A DNA stretch of 64,000 nt, taken from the IMG/VR virus record IMGVR_UViG_3300027906_000009, positions 27,315 to 91,314 of that record; one strand, written 5' to 3'. The notes below the pieces were generated by a model. That model saw only the letters and a program-made list of their open reading frames with translations, was not told the origin of the DNA and did no database searches. The position numbers and the translations under genes were made by a program. Each line of letters opens with the position of its first letter. Position 1 is the first letter of the stretch. Positions 1-8,023 of the stretch are shown here, in pieces. The DNA comes from a virus.

Positions 1-424
1 ATGCTTTGATCTGAGATCCATTAGATAATTGGAATGAAGTCCGGTTGTCGATATCAACGTTTGAAATTCTTAACCAAGGTGGCAGGTTTTTGATTATTGC
101 TTTTACTTTTTTTACTAAATTTGCTGCAGTGTTAAATTTAGTAGCTATAACCAAAACGTTCTTTTCCCTGTGAAACATCATCATCCAAGCTACATAGGCT
201 GCTGTGATAGTGGATATCCCTAACTGGCGCGCTTTTAATATAACGTTAAACCTATGATCTTCGAAGTCTTCTAATAATTTTTCTTGAAAGTCATATAAAT
301 GAAAAGGTATTAAGCCTTTTTGAGGGTGTGTTATTTTTGCGTATGTGTGAATGAAATAGTCGGGCTTTTTGCCACAACGGACAATCTCTTTCATTATTTC
401 TCTTTTTGTGAGTTTTATTGCCAC
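1..424 (-). CDS. terL: Terminase large subunit, T4 gp17-like (N-terminal part; runs off the window edge)
   Basis: Not in the ORF track. Manual translation from GTG at 424 gives ...KPDYFIHTYAKITHPQKGLIPFHLYDFQEKLLEDFEDHRFNVILKARQLGIST...NVLVIATKFNTA...LPPWL...LSNGSQIKA, with the adenine-binding LYDFQ motif, the RQLG Walker A and the LP.W and NGS motifs of gp17 ATPases. Confidence 0.93.
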   Translation of the reverse strand, partial: MAIKLTKREIMKEIVRCGKKPDYFIHTYAKITHPQKGLIPFHLYDFQEKLLEDFEDHRFNVILKARQLGISTITAAYVAWMMMFHREKNVLVIATKFNTAANLVKKVKAIIKNLPPWLRISNVDIDNRTSFQLSNGSQIKA

Positions 425-432
425 CGAAGTTC

Positions 433-930
433 CTATTTGAGACCACCAAGTTTAAGCATTTTATCATAAGCTGGGTCTGTGGGTCTTTCTTCTACCTCAC
501 TTGAAACATCTTCCGAGGTGCCGCCAATTTTGTAGCACTTGTGCACCTTGACGCTGCAGCGGATTCGAGATATATATTCAACCAAAACATCTACTTCGCT
601 CGGTTCAGATAAGGTAAGCGCGGACTTTTTAACTTTCTTGTATTCTTTTTGAATAAAGGATTTTACCTTTTCCACCATTGACTCCATTTCACCCTCAAAA
701 TCATTAGAGTGAACCTCTTTAAGAGGTATCTCTGCGTGGTATTTAATGTGAAGCCGGTCGCCAGCTATGGAGGCACCAAACCCGTCCATAACCCTCTGAT
801 CAAGGAGAGGGTTACCTTCCTCTCTTCGAAGTCCTATTTTTATTGGCTCCCCGTTCTCGTCGTGGGCGCCGTCATAGGTGTTGGATAGTACCTGTGAAAT
901 ACAGTCTATAATTTCTAAAGTTGTTGCCAT
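433..930 (-). CDS. Hypothetical protein, 165 aa, directly upstream of terL and probably late-expressed
   Basis: Intact ORF with GAGG SD, preceded by two ACTATTTAT motifs. No motif recognised. Confidence 0.75.
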   Translation of the reverse strand: MATTLEIIDCISQVLSNTYDGAHDENGEPIKIGLRREEGNPLLDQRVMDGFGASIAGDRLHIKYHAEIPLKEVHSNDFEGEMESMVEKVKSFIQKEYKKVKKSALTLSEPSEVDVLVEYISRIRCSVKVHKCYKIGGTSEDVSSEVEERPTDPAYDKMLKLGGLK

Positions 931-949
931 TGTGTATATTCCTCTTGCA

Positions 950-976
950 ATAAATAGTTTGCTATTAATAAATAGT
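950..976 (-). promoter_or_regulatory. Tandem putative late-promoter motifs ACTATTTAT (950-958 and 968-976)
   Basis: The same 9-mer occurs twice in the gap upstream of ORF 433-930 and terL, and recurs upstream of other structural genes. Confidence 0.55.
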
Positions 977-1347
977 TAGTCATTTGGCCTCCAGCCAGAT
1001 TTCCACCTTTCTTCCCTGTCTTCGATATACTGAATATAACAATTGAAGCAGCATTGGTATTTTATCATGTATAGATCATCGTACTGGGAAAATGAATAGG
1101 ATGAACAAATGGGACAAATTCTGGGGATTTTTTGTTTCTGGCTTTTGTCCTTTATTGTAAATCCTTCTTTTTCTTCTATTTTTTCATTTTTGTTGCTTTT
1201 AGTGTAAAAATCTTTGAGATCTTGTAGATATTTTTCTTCTTTATCCTTCGTCCAGGATCCTTTTGGGTTTTGTATTGCCTCTGAGCCATACTTGTCTTTT
1301 ATGGCTTTTTCAATTTTTGCTATCTTATTTAAATCTTTTTCTTTCAT
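976..1347 (-). CDS. Hypothetical protein with C-terminal zinc-finger-like motif
   Basis: CPIC-x14-CCFNC near the C-terminus and a basic N-terminal part. Confidence 0.7.
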   Translation of the reverse strand: MKEKDLNKIAKIEKAIKDKYGSEAIQNPKGSWTKDKEEKYLQDLKDFYTKSNKNEKIEEKEGFTIKDKSQKQKIPRICPICSSYSFSQYDDLYMIKYQCCFNCYIQYIEDREERWKSGWRPND

Positions 1348-1351
1348 AGTA

Positions 1352-1849
1352 TCACTTTGCCGCGAATATTATAGCTAAAGTGGTTAATACACCTGCGGCT
1401 ACGCCTCCGGCTGCCCACCAAAGCGAGTTATCGTTTGGTGTCTGCATTGTGACACCTGTGAGTTCACTGATTTGATTGTTTTTTATTTGCAATATTTGTT
1501 CGTGTTCTTTGTTCAAGCTATCAATTTGAATCTGAAGCTGGTCGATCTCAAAAGTATAGCTTGCTCTAATTCTTGCTATATCGTGCTGGCATCTTAGCTG
1601 GCACTTTTCTTTCTCTCTTTCAGCGGAAGAAATCAGTAAAGAGTTAGCTGTACTGTTATAACACCATATGGGATCACCGTCAGGACTAAGATTTAGTTTA
1701 TTAATAATTTCTTCGTCAGTAACATATATCGCTGACGCCGGTGGAGAAAACTCTTTATCTAGTTCCAAATCAGCTAATGCGGAAAATGGGTAACACAATA
1801 TTAATATAATTGCAACTAGTCTAGTTTTTAAATTTAATTCCAAAGTCAT
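1352..1849 (-). CDS. Exported coiled-coil protein with C-terminal TM anchor (putative spanin component)
   Basis: Signal peptide KTRLVAIILILCYPFSALA, Cys-containing coiled coil, C-terminal TM LWWAAGGVAAGVLTTLAIIFA. Overlaps the 3' end of the upstream Rz-like gene. Confidence 0.5.
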   Translation of the reverse strand: MTLELNLKTRLVAIILILCYPFSALADLELDKEFSPPASAIYVTDEEIINKLNLSPDGDPIWCYNSTANSLLISSAEREKEKCQLRCQHDIARIRASYTFEIDQLQIQIDSLNKEHEQILQIKNNQISELTGVTMQTPNDNSLWWAAGGVAAGVLTTLAIIFAAK

Positions 1850-2228
1850 TTTCAATCTTTCTTATAATCTCTTCAGGGTTACCTTTAGATTTTATCACAA
1901 TTTTTCTGACATCTTCAATTTGTTTTTCAGAAAGTTGCTTGTTTTCCTCTTTGAATCTTTCCTCTAACCTTAGAATAGTCTCTTTAAATTGTTTTTGCAA
2001 ATTCCTAAGGTTAATTATTTCTTCATTGTGAATTCGATTTATGGTTTCTATTTCTTCCCTGTGTGCTCTCTTATTAATTTCAATAGTCTTTCTTAAAGCT
2101 TCTGTATTTTTTTTTGAAAAAATATAAATGAATAAAGACCAGCATATCAATAGTGGTATTTTCCAATTATGTTTTAGCCACACCCAGGATTTTTCTAAAC
2201 CCGTTTTAAAAATTAGCCACGTCATCAT
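1821..2228 (-). CDS. Putative i-spanin (Rz-like): N-terminal TM plus coiled coil
   Basis: TM WKIPLLICWSLFIYIF followed by a long heptad-rich helix. Lies between the holin-like gene and the exported protein. Start trimmed to ATGATG at 2228. Confidence 0.5.
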   Translation of the reverse strand: MMTWLIFKTGLEKSWVWLKHNWKIPLLICWSLFIYIFSKKNTEALRKTIEINKRAHREEIETINRIHNEEIINLRNLQKQFKETILRLEERFKEENKQLSEKQIEDVRKIVIKSKGNPEEIIRKIENDFGIKFKN

Positions 2229-2427
2229 TACTTGGTCCATGTTTCCATTTAACAGCCATGTCAACTAGTGCTTGAGTACCTATATATGCTAGTGTTATAG
2301 CGGTCCAATTATCACTAGTGACTGTGCCATATGCGCAAAGGCCTGTTGCTGTTAGCCATGCTAAAAATTTTCTTGATATAAATTTTTCTGTATGTTTGTC
2401 TGCGAATGCTTTCAATTCTGCCATCAT
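2206..2427 (-). CDS. Putative holin, 73 aa, two TM helices
   Basis: SRKF motif before TM1 (LAWLTATGLCAYG), then TM2 (WTAITLAYIGTQALV). GGGGG SD. Confidence 0.6.
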   Translation of the reverse strand: MMAELKAFADKHTEKFISRKFLAWLTATGLCAYGTVTSDNWTAITLAYIGTQALVDMAVKWKHGPSNDDVANF

Positions 2428-2435
2428 AAATCCCC

Positions 2436-5400
2436 CTATATGTTTACATGTGCATAACCATCTCTTTTCTCAATGTTTATTTGCATATCCACACAATCTT
2501 TTAGATTATCTAGATGTGAAATAAGAAGAAAAGTTTTAAAATAGCCTTTGACCATATCTAAGATACGTACAAAGCCTTCCATGTTCTCTTCATCAAGAGC
2601 AGTTCCCGGCTCGTCAAGTATAAATAGGTCAGACTTTGGTAAACTGGACACAGTTAAAAAAGCCAAACGTATGGCCATGCTTGCAATAGTCTTCTCAGCG
2701 CCGGATCCCATCTCGAGCGGACGTGGGTCGTGGCTAGGATGCTTAATAAAAATATCTAACTTGTCTTCGTTGTTAGAAATGAACACTTCAAACTCCACAA
2801 TATTAGTCAATATCTTAGATATCTCCTGGTTAATGTAAGGCAGTCTTTCTTTAATAATTTCATATGAAACACCATTAGGATGACAACAGACCATAAAAAG
2901 ATGATAAGCTGCAAAGCTTTGTTCTAGTTCTCTAAACTCTTGCTGTTGGTCTTGTGTATGTGATAACTTTTGTTCGGAAGATCCATGTTTTTTGTGTAGT
3001 TGCATAATCTTTTGTTCACACAAATTGATCTCCTGTTCTTTATTTTCAGATTGCTTTTCTAACTTTTCCTTGTCTGATATTAATTGCTTTAAATTCTCAA
3101 TGGCTTCCTTGTTTTCTTCATATTCTGTGGCTTTATTTTTAAGATCATCGAGTGCAACCTGCTCTTTAAATAAAAGACTGTCAGCCCGTTCAATAATTAG
3201 ATTACTAGTCGTTATTGAATTTGCGAGACAATCTCTTTTCTCAACCAAAGCACTATGTTTCTCTATATATTTATCTACTTTTGTCATCTCATCGTGAGAG
3301 ATTTCGGCGCCTATAATATTAATCTTCCGGGTTGTTATAGACATTTCTGATGCTTTTTGTTTAACCGCTTCTCCAATAAGCGGATGACAACTGGCACATA
3401 CTTTGTCCTGTTCTGTTACTAATAGTCTTTTTTGCTCAGACAAGTTCTTCAAAAGTAAAATCAAATTATTTAATTCGTCGCTAACTTTTGTAAAAGACTC
3501 TTTCTTTTTCTTATAATTTTCAATTTCAAAGTCCTTCAAAAAGTCTTCAATCTTTTCATACTTAAGCTTATTATCATCAATATTTTTTTGCGCATTCGTT
3601 TTCTTAGCGTTTATTTGCAAAATGGCTTTCTCCTTTTCCGTTATCTTCTTGGCAGTAATAACAGGATCAATAATTTCTGCTGGAACTGAGGATATTTTAT
3701 TTTGTAGGAGGCCGGCCTCTTGCATTAATTCTAGCATTTCTTCTTTTAGAGATATACAGATTGCTTTATTTTTCTCGATAGCAAGTTCACTTTTAATAAT
3801 TTCTGTCTTAATATTTTTAATATTTGCATCAAAGTCAATACCCTCTAAACGCCTTAGAGCTACTTTTATTTCAGCAGATGCCTCTTTGGCCATCTTAAAT
3901 TTCTTATCAAAAATTTCTAAATCCAAAAACTTTGCAAGAAACTCTTTCCTTTTAGTTGAGCCTTCGTTGATAAACGAAAGGGAATCTAATTGAGAAGCCA
4001 TTGAGGTTGCTAGGAAGTCTGGTAGTGTGCCAAAATACTTTCTTACATTCTTATCAGTGTCTTGTCTGGAAGTACCGTTGAGGCCTGTATGGTTTCCAAT
4101 AGCGTCTTGTGAATAAAACTCCAAGTCAGTTGTTGCCTCTTGAGTTTCAACTCCTTTTGAGCGTTTTGTATATTTGTTGGACTTGCGCTCAATAATATAA
4201 TCTGTTCCATCTACTTTGATTGTTGCTGTTGCGACGCATTCATCTTTATTTTGATTGATAATATTTAGATTCTTACGAATAGATTTGGAAGTAGAGTTGT
4301 ACATAGAATAAAGTAACGTATCAACAATAGAAGACTTGCCAGAGTAATTTTTACCAAATATACCAACAATACCTTCTAGTTTTGTAAAGTCGATGATATT
4401 ACCTTCGCTATAGTTAAATAGATTGTCCCACTCCAAACTCTGAAGTGACCAATTAACATTTCGCATGACATCTTCATTTTCTTCTATCTGCTTATTAAAC
4501 TGTTTATTTAGTTCATATACTTTTTCCAAAACTTCTTGCGTTGCTTCATATTCTTTTAGATACTCAGCCATTAGAGACTCTTGAGTATTCAAATCTCGCA
4601 GGTCTTGTTTTTCCAACCCTTCGGGGGCGGCAACCTTGATTTGTTTACCGGCTGCCCTATTGAGGTAAGTTACTGATTCTGGATTGTATTTATATTTCGC
4701 AATGTCTACAGCCTTGCGAACCTTATCTAAAGATACGTTATTCTCAGAAACTATTCTAAGTCTCGCTCCTTCCGGTGGTTTCTGTCTTGGCAGGTTGCCC
4801 TTTTCTGTCAGAGAAAGAGTAACGAAAGGTCTTGGGTTATTGAAGGTAATGAGTCTATTGGTAAAATCATCTTTACTTTCAATGTCCCAAAGTAAATAAC
4901 CTTTGTCCAGTGACTCACCAAAATTTTGTTGTACTGTGGATCCAGCATACCAGATGCGACCTTCCTTATCTAGCTTCTGTGTTTTGTGGATATCTCCAAG
5001 AAAGGCAAAGTCAAACTCTTCAAAGATTTCGATACTGTGGTCGCCGCCTAGTGTCCAGTTACTGTCTGTTTTGGATTTATCAATAGCACCGTGATATAAT
5101 GCTATGTTAACTAGGTTGTAGTCTGTTGGTTCAGTCCAGTTTTCCTCATCAAATACAGATAAAACATTTAGACAAAACTTATCATTGATTTTAGTCTCTC
5201 CGGCGTTTTTTAACAGGATGAGATTTGGGTCATTGATAGCCTTTGCGATTGGTGAAAGAGCGTCTTGTCTGGAGCCATTTCGAAGGTTACCGTCGTGATT
5301 GCCTAAAATCACATAGGTTGGCGCGATTGCCGCAAGGTTCTGGAAGAAATCTCTACACATATCTACAAACTCTGGTGAGATTTGTGTCTTAGTATGGGCA

Positions 5401-5534
5401 ATATCTCCGCAATGGATAATGCAGTCCACTTTCTCTTCTTTTAGCGATTTGTAAAGTTGTTGAAATATTTCTTTGTATTCAAAATGATATTTTAGGTTTC
5501 GGATATGGGTATCCGCGATATGAGCAAATCTCAT
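2436..5534 (-). CDS. Fused Mre11/SbcD nuclease and Rad50/SbcC ATPase (T4 gp47-gp46-like) in one polypeptide
   Basis: Metallophosphoesterase motifs HIADTH, GDIAH, GNHD and GDIH; Walker A GKNYSGKSS; coiled coil with CASC zinc hook; signature GSGAEK; Walker B ILDEP; H-loop LISH. Confidence 0.93.
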   Translation of the reverse strand: MRFAHIADTHIRNLKYHFEYKEIFQQLYKSLKEEKVDCIIHCGDIAHTKTQISPEFVDMCRDFFQNLAAIAPTYVILGNHDGNLRNGSRQDALSPIAKAINDPNLILLKNAGETKINDKFCLNVLSVFDEENWTEPTDYNLVNIALYHGAIDKSKTDSNWTLGGDHSIEIFEEFDFAFLGDIHKTQKLDKEGRIWYAGSTVQQNFGESLDKGYLLWDIESKDDFTNRLITFNNPRPFVTLSLTEKGNLPRQKPPEGARLRIVSENNVSLDKVRKAVDIAKYKYNPESVTYLNRAAGKQIKVAAPEGLEKQDLRDLNTQESLMAEYLKEYEATQEVLEKVYELNKQFNKQIEENEDVMRNVNWSLQSLEWDNLFNYSEGNIIDFTKLEGIVGIFGKNYSGKSSIVDTLLYSMYNSTSKSIRKNLNIINQNKDECVATATIKVDGTDYIIERKSNKYTKRSKGVETQEATTDLEFYSQDAIGNHTGLNGTSRQDTDKNVRKYFGTLPDFLATSMASQLDSLSFINEGSTKRKEFLAKFLDLEIFDKKFKMAKEASAEIKVALRRLEGIDFDANIKNIKTEIIKSELAIEKNKAICISLKEEMLELMQEAGLLQNKISSVPAEIIDPVITAKKITEKEKAILQINAKKTNAQKNIDDNKLKYEKIEDFLKDFEIENYKKKKESFTKVSDELNNLILLLKNLSEQKRLLVTEQDKVCASCHPLIGEAVKQKASEMSITTRKINIIGAEISHDEMTKVDKYIEKHSALVEKRDCLANSITTSNLIIERADSLLFKEQVALDDLKNKATEYEENKEAIENLKQLISDKEKLEKQSENKEQEINLCEQKIMQLHKKHGSSEQKLSHTQDQQQEFRELEQSFAAYHLFMVCCHPNGVSYEIIKERLPYINQEISKILTNIVEFEVFISNNEDKLDIFIKHPSHDPRPLEMGSGAEKTIASMAIRLAFLTVSSLPKSDLFILDEPGTALDEENMEGFVRILDMVKGYFKTFLLISHLDNLKDCVDMQINIEKRDGYAHVNI

Positions 5535-5564
5535 TTATTCTCCATGAATAATTGTTATGTTCTA

Positions 5565-5593
5565 AGTATAACAGGGATTGGTGTGGGTGTCAA
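5565..5593 (-). promoter_or_regulatory. Sigma70-type promoter of the Mre11-Rad50 gene
   Basis: TTGACA (5588-5593), 17 nt, TATACT (5565-5570) with extended -10 TG. GGAG SD downstream. Confidence 0.8.
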
Positions 5594-5764
5594 CTAAATT
5601 CTTTTGAGACCAAGCTCTTCTAGCTGATTTGGTGTAAGTTTCTCAAGAATGATAGCGAATGCTTTCTTTTCTGATTCGGTGATCATATTGAGGTCACCTG
5701 TTTCTGCTAAGTGATTCATCTCTTCTGCGATGATTTCTTTTAGTCTTCTTTTTGTAAGTTCCAT
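5594..5764 (-). CDS. Small protein, 56 aa, with MELTKRRLKEIIAEE leader (putative internal head protein)
   Basis: Not in the ORF track. Manual translation MELTKRRLKEIIAEEMNHLAETGDLNMITESEKKAFAIILEKLTPNQLEELGLKRI*. ATG is coupled to the upstream stop (TAATG) with AGGAG SD. Confidence 0.75.
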   Translation of the reverse strand: MELTKRRLKEIIAEEMNHLAETGDLNMITESEKKAFAIILEKLTPNQLEELGLKRI

Positions 5765-5973
5765 TATTGTGCTCCTTGTTGGTCTTCTGCGTGTTGAACT
5801 AGTGCTTTTACTGCCGTGTACAGATCAATTATCCTGTGCTGATCTGTATAATTTTGCCCAGCTTTGCTCGATTCCATTTTTTGGATCATTTTCCGTGCTA
5901 CAGGCAAACCTCGACCTTGAATAACTTCATTTATCTCTTCTTTTATTATCTTAATGAGTTCTGATTTTTTCAT
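5764..5973 (-). CDS. Small protein, 69 aa, with MKKSELIKIIKEE leader (putative internal head protein)
   Basis: ATG at 5973 with GAGG SD. Leader resembles that of the next gene. ACTATTTAC lies about 30 nt upstream (6004-6012). Confidence 0.7.
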   Translation of the reverse strand: MKKSELIKIIKEEINEVIQGRGLPVARKMIQKMESSKAGQNYTDQHRIIDLYTAVKALVQHAEDQQGAQ

Positions 5974-5983
5974 TGTTGTTCCT

Positions 5984-6901
5984 CTAGAAGTCAAGTTTAT
6001 AATGTAAATAGTCTAAATCGGACACAATATCCGCATTTTGTTTTCGCTGTTCTACCACTTTTTGTGGCATCTCTCCGATGTCTGAATAACCGCTGACATC
6101 AATAGACATAACTTTAATACCATATTCTCTTAGTTTCTTTGCTATCCCAAACTCTTTTTCTTTAACATCTTCGTCCAAAGCCAGATATACATCTGGTTTT
6201 CTTTCGCATATCTTTTGGAACAGTCTTGAACCCTCTCTCAAGGTTGAGCCAAGTAAGGGTACAGCGTTCTTGCATTTCATTGCGTCAAATACACCCTCAG
6301 TTAAAACAACATTGTTGTCCCAATCAATATTTAAATCGTTAAAAATAATATCTTTGCTAATTTTTGGATTCTTATATTTCATCCAGTTTCCCGTATATGA
6401 TCTTGCTACAAAAAAATTAACATTACCGTCTTTGTCGAAGCCCGGAACAATAACTCTGTCTTGATATTCGCCGTAGTTACAAAAGCCGATCTTCCATATC
6501 AATATATCTTTGTCTGAAAAGCCTCGAGAGTAAAGATAATTTAGGGCCCGTTTCTTAATCTTGGTCTTTCTACCAGTCAGAGTTTGAAAATTATCTGGTA
6601 GATCTACAATTTGAGATTGTTCTACTAAGCGCTCTTGGAAGATCTCTTCATATTTTGCAAGATTTACTTCACCCGCAAGGTTGCGCCAGTCGGCGTAATA
6701 GACTGGTGAATGCCTTCGAATGAGTGAAGATATCTTTGTACCGGAGTAGTCGCAAATCCAACACTTGAACACATTTTTTTCTATGTTGACCGATAATTTT
6801 AGTTTATGGTGATTACACTTTGGGCAACGAAATTGATGTTCATTGTCGTTAGTCCAGCAACGACCAAGGGCTCTCTTAAGTAATTTCAGCTTCTCTGACA
6901 A
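5984..6901 (-). CDS. DNA primase (zinc-binding domain plus TOPRIM)
   Basis: CPKC...CWIC zinc finger, YLYSRG, KYKNP, TOPRIM VLTEGVFDA and ALDED. Confidence 0.9.
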   Translation of the reverse strand: MSEKLKLLKRALGRCWTNDNEHQFRCPKCNHHKLKLSVNIEKNVFKCWICDYSGTKISSLIRRHSPVYYADWRNLAGEVNLAKYEEIFQERLVEQSQIVDLPDNFQTLTGRKTKIKKRALNYLYSRGFSDKDILIWKIGFCNYGEYQDRVIVPGFDKDGNVNFFVARSYTGNWMKYKNPKISKDIIFNDLNIDWDNNVVLTEGVFDAMKCKNAVPLLGSTLREGSRLFQKICERKPDVYLALDEDVKEKEFGIAKKLREYGIKVMSIDVSGYSDIGEMPQKVVEQRKQNADIVSDLDYLHYKLDF

Positions 6902-7409
6902 GCTTATCTCCTGCTAATGCGATTATAATACTATCACACATGTCTAGTGTACCAGGTTTTGGGTTTCCGTGTTTTGTATATTGTACCGCAATATGTGAGT
7001 ACTTGTCAAGAATAAATTCAAGAACCTTCTCTTTTGAATTTTCACCCCTTTTAATTTTAAGTCCAGCTAACTTACGGGCGGAGGATGCGGCGAGCATTTG
7101 AGGGTGATTTCCGAAAATATCATAACAGAACCACGATATAATCCCATTAAACCTAGATAAAGTTGACAATGTTTGTGCTGATGAGAAGCCTGATCGGAAC
7201 GTATGTAGAGATTGTTCTATGAACACTTTACTAATATTATGCTTCCTTTTTAAGAGCATTAATTTAATTCTTATATGGTGAGCTTTCTCATATAAAGATG
7301 GAAACTTATTTTTATTTCTAGTATCCCAATAAGTACTTTCCACAATCTTATTATTTTTAATTATTGTGGCTCCTGTAATGGAAGTTGATATATCTAATCC
7401 TAATATCAC
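6876..7409 (-). CDS. RuvC-like Holliday junction resolvase
   Basis: MILGLDISTSITG RNase H-fold start, FIEQ, KEKV, and C-terminal D..DS..IA. Confidence 0.85.
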   Translation of the reverse strand: MILGLDISTSITGATIIKNNKIVESTYWDTRNKNKFPSLYEKAHHIRIKLMLLKRKHNISKVFIEQSLHTFRSGFSSAQTLSTLSRFNGIISWFCYDIFGNHPQMLAASSARKLAGLKIKRGENSKEKVLEFILDKYSHIAVQYTKHGNPKPGTLDMCDSIIIALAGDKLVREAEIT

Positions 7410-8020
7410 TATTTTTGCCTTTCATCCAAAAAAGAAAAAATTTTACTTAATATCTTTTCTTTCTCCTGTTCGTCTTCTGTGGCGAACCACTTCCAGACTA
7501 GTTTAGATTCTATATCATTAAGCTGTTTTTTTATATCACTTATTTCTTTTTCAGTTTTTTTAATTTCAATTTTAGAAATATTTGGCAGTTCGATTTCTAA
7601 ATTTATAGCTATATCAGAAAGAATAATTATGTCGTTTTCTAATAGTGCTTTCTGGGCCATTAAGAACATATCTATCTTAATCTGTTTCTCGTTTTTTGAT
7701 AACTCTGATCCTAACTTATCAGGGTGGATTTTTAATGCTATTTTTCGAAATAATTTCTTAACTAAAGTATCTGGTTTGTTATTTTTTAATTTTTGTTCTA
7801 AGGGGCTTTGGGGCGATGCAGTCTTCTGTTGTATATCTTTATTTGTAGGTTCTTCTATTTTTTGTTCTTCTGAAAGAATATTTCTCTCTTTCCTGTAAAT
7901 TTCTTCTATTTTTGATGATGCAAGATGTATTATTTCTTTAGAGATTTGCAACTCTTCTCGAAGTGACTTTAACTTGTTAGCTAAAAAGATAATTTTTTTT
8001 TGCAAAAAGTTGTTTTTCAT
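7409..8020 (-). CDS. J-domain (DnaJ-like) protein
   Basis: VKKLFRKIALKIHPDK (helix II plus HPD motif) flanked by coiled coils. Confidence 0.75.
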   Translation of the reverse strand: MKNNFLQKKIIFLANKLKSLREELQISKEIIHLASSKIEEIYRKERNILSEEQKIEEPTNKDIQQKTASPQSPLEQKLKNNKPDTLVKKLFRKIALKIHPDKLGSELSKNEKQIKIDMFLMAQKALLENDIIILSDIAINLEIELPNISKIEIKKTEKEISDIKKQLNDIESKLVWKWFATEDEQEKEKILSKIFSFLDERQK

Positions 8021-8023
8021 TAT

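Noticed and set aside
433-1347. Terminase small subunit call for either gene upstream of terL
   Set aside because: The position fits but I recognise no TerS motif, so both are left as hypothetical.
2436-5534. Giant eukaryotic virus origin suggested by the Mre11-Rad50 fusion
   Set aside because: Bacterial promoters, SD sites, a gp17-like terminase and gp6/gp25 baseplate genes indicate a tailed phage.
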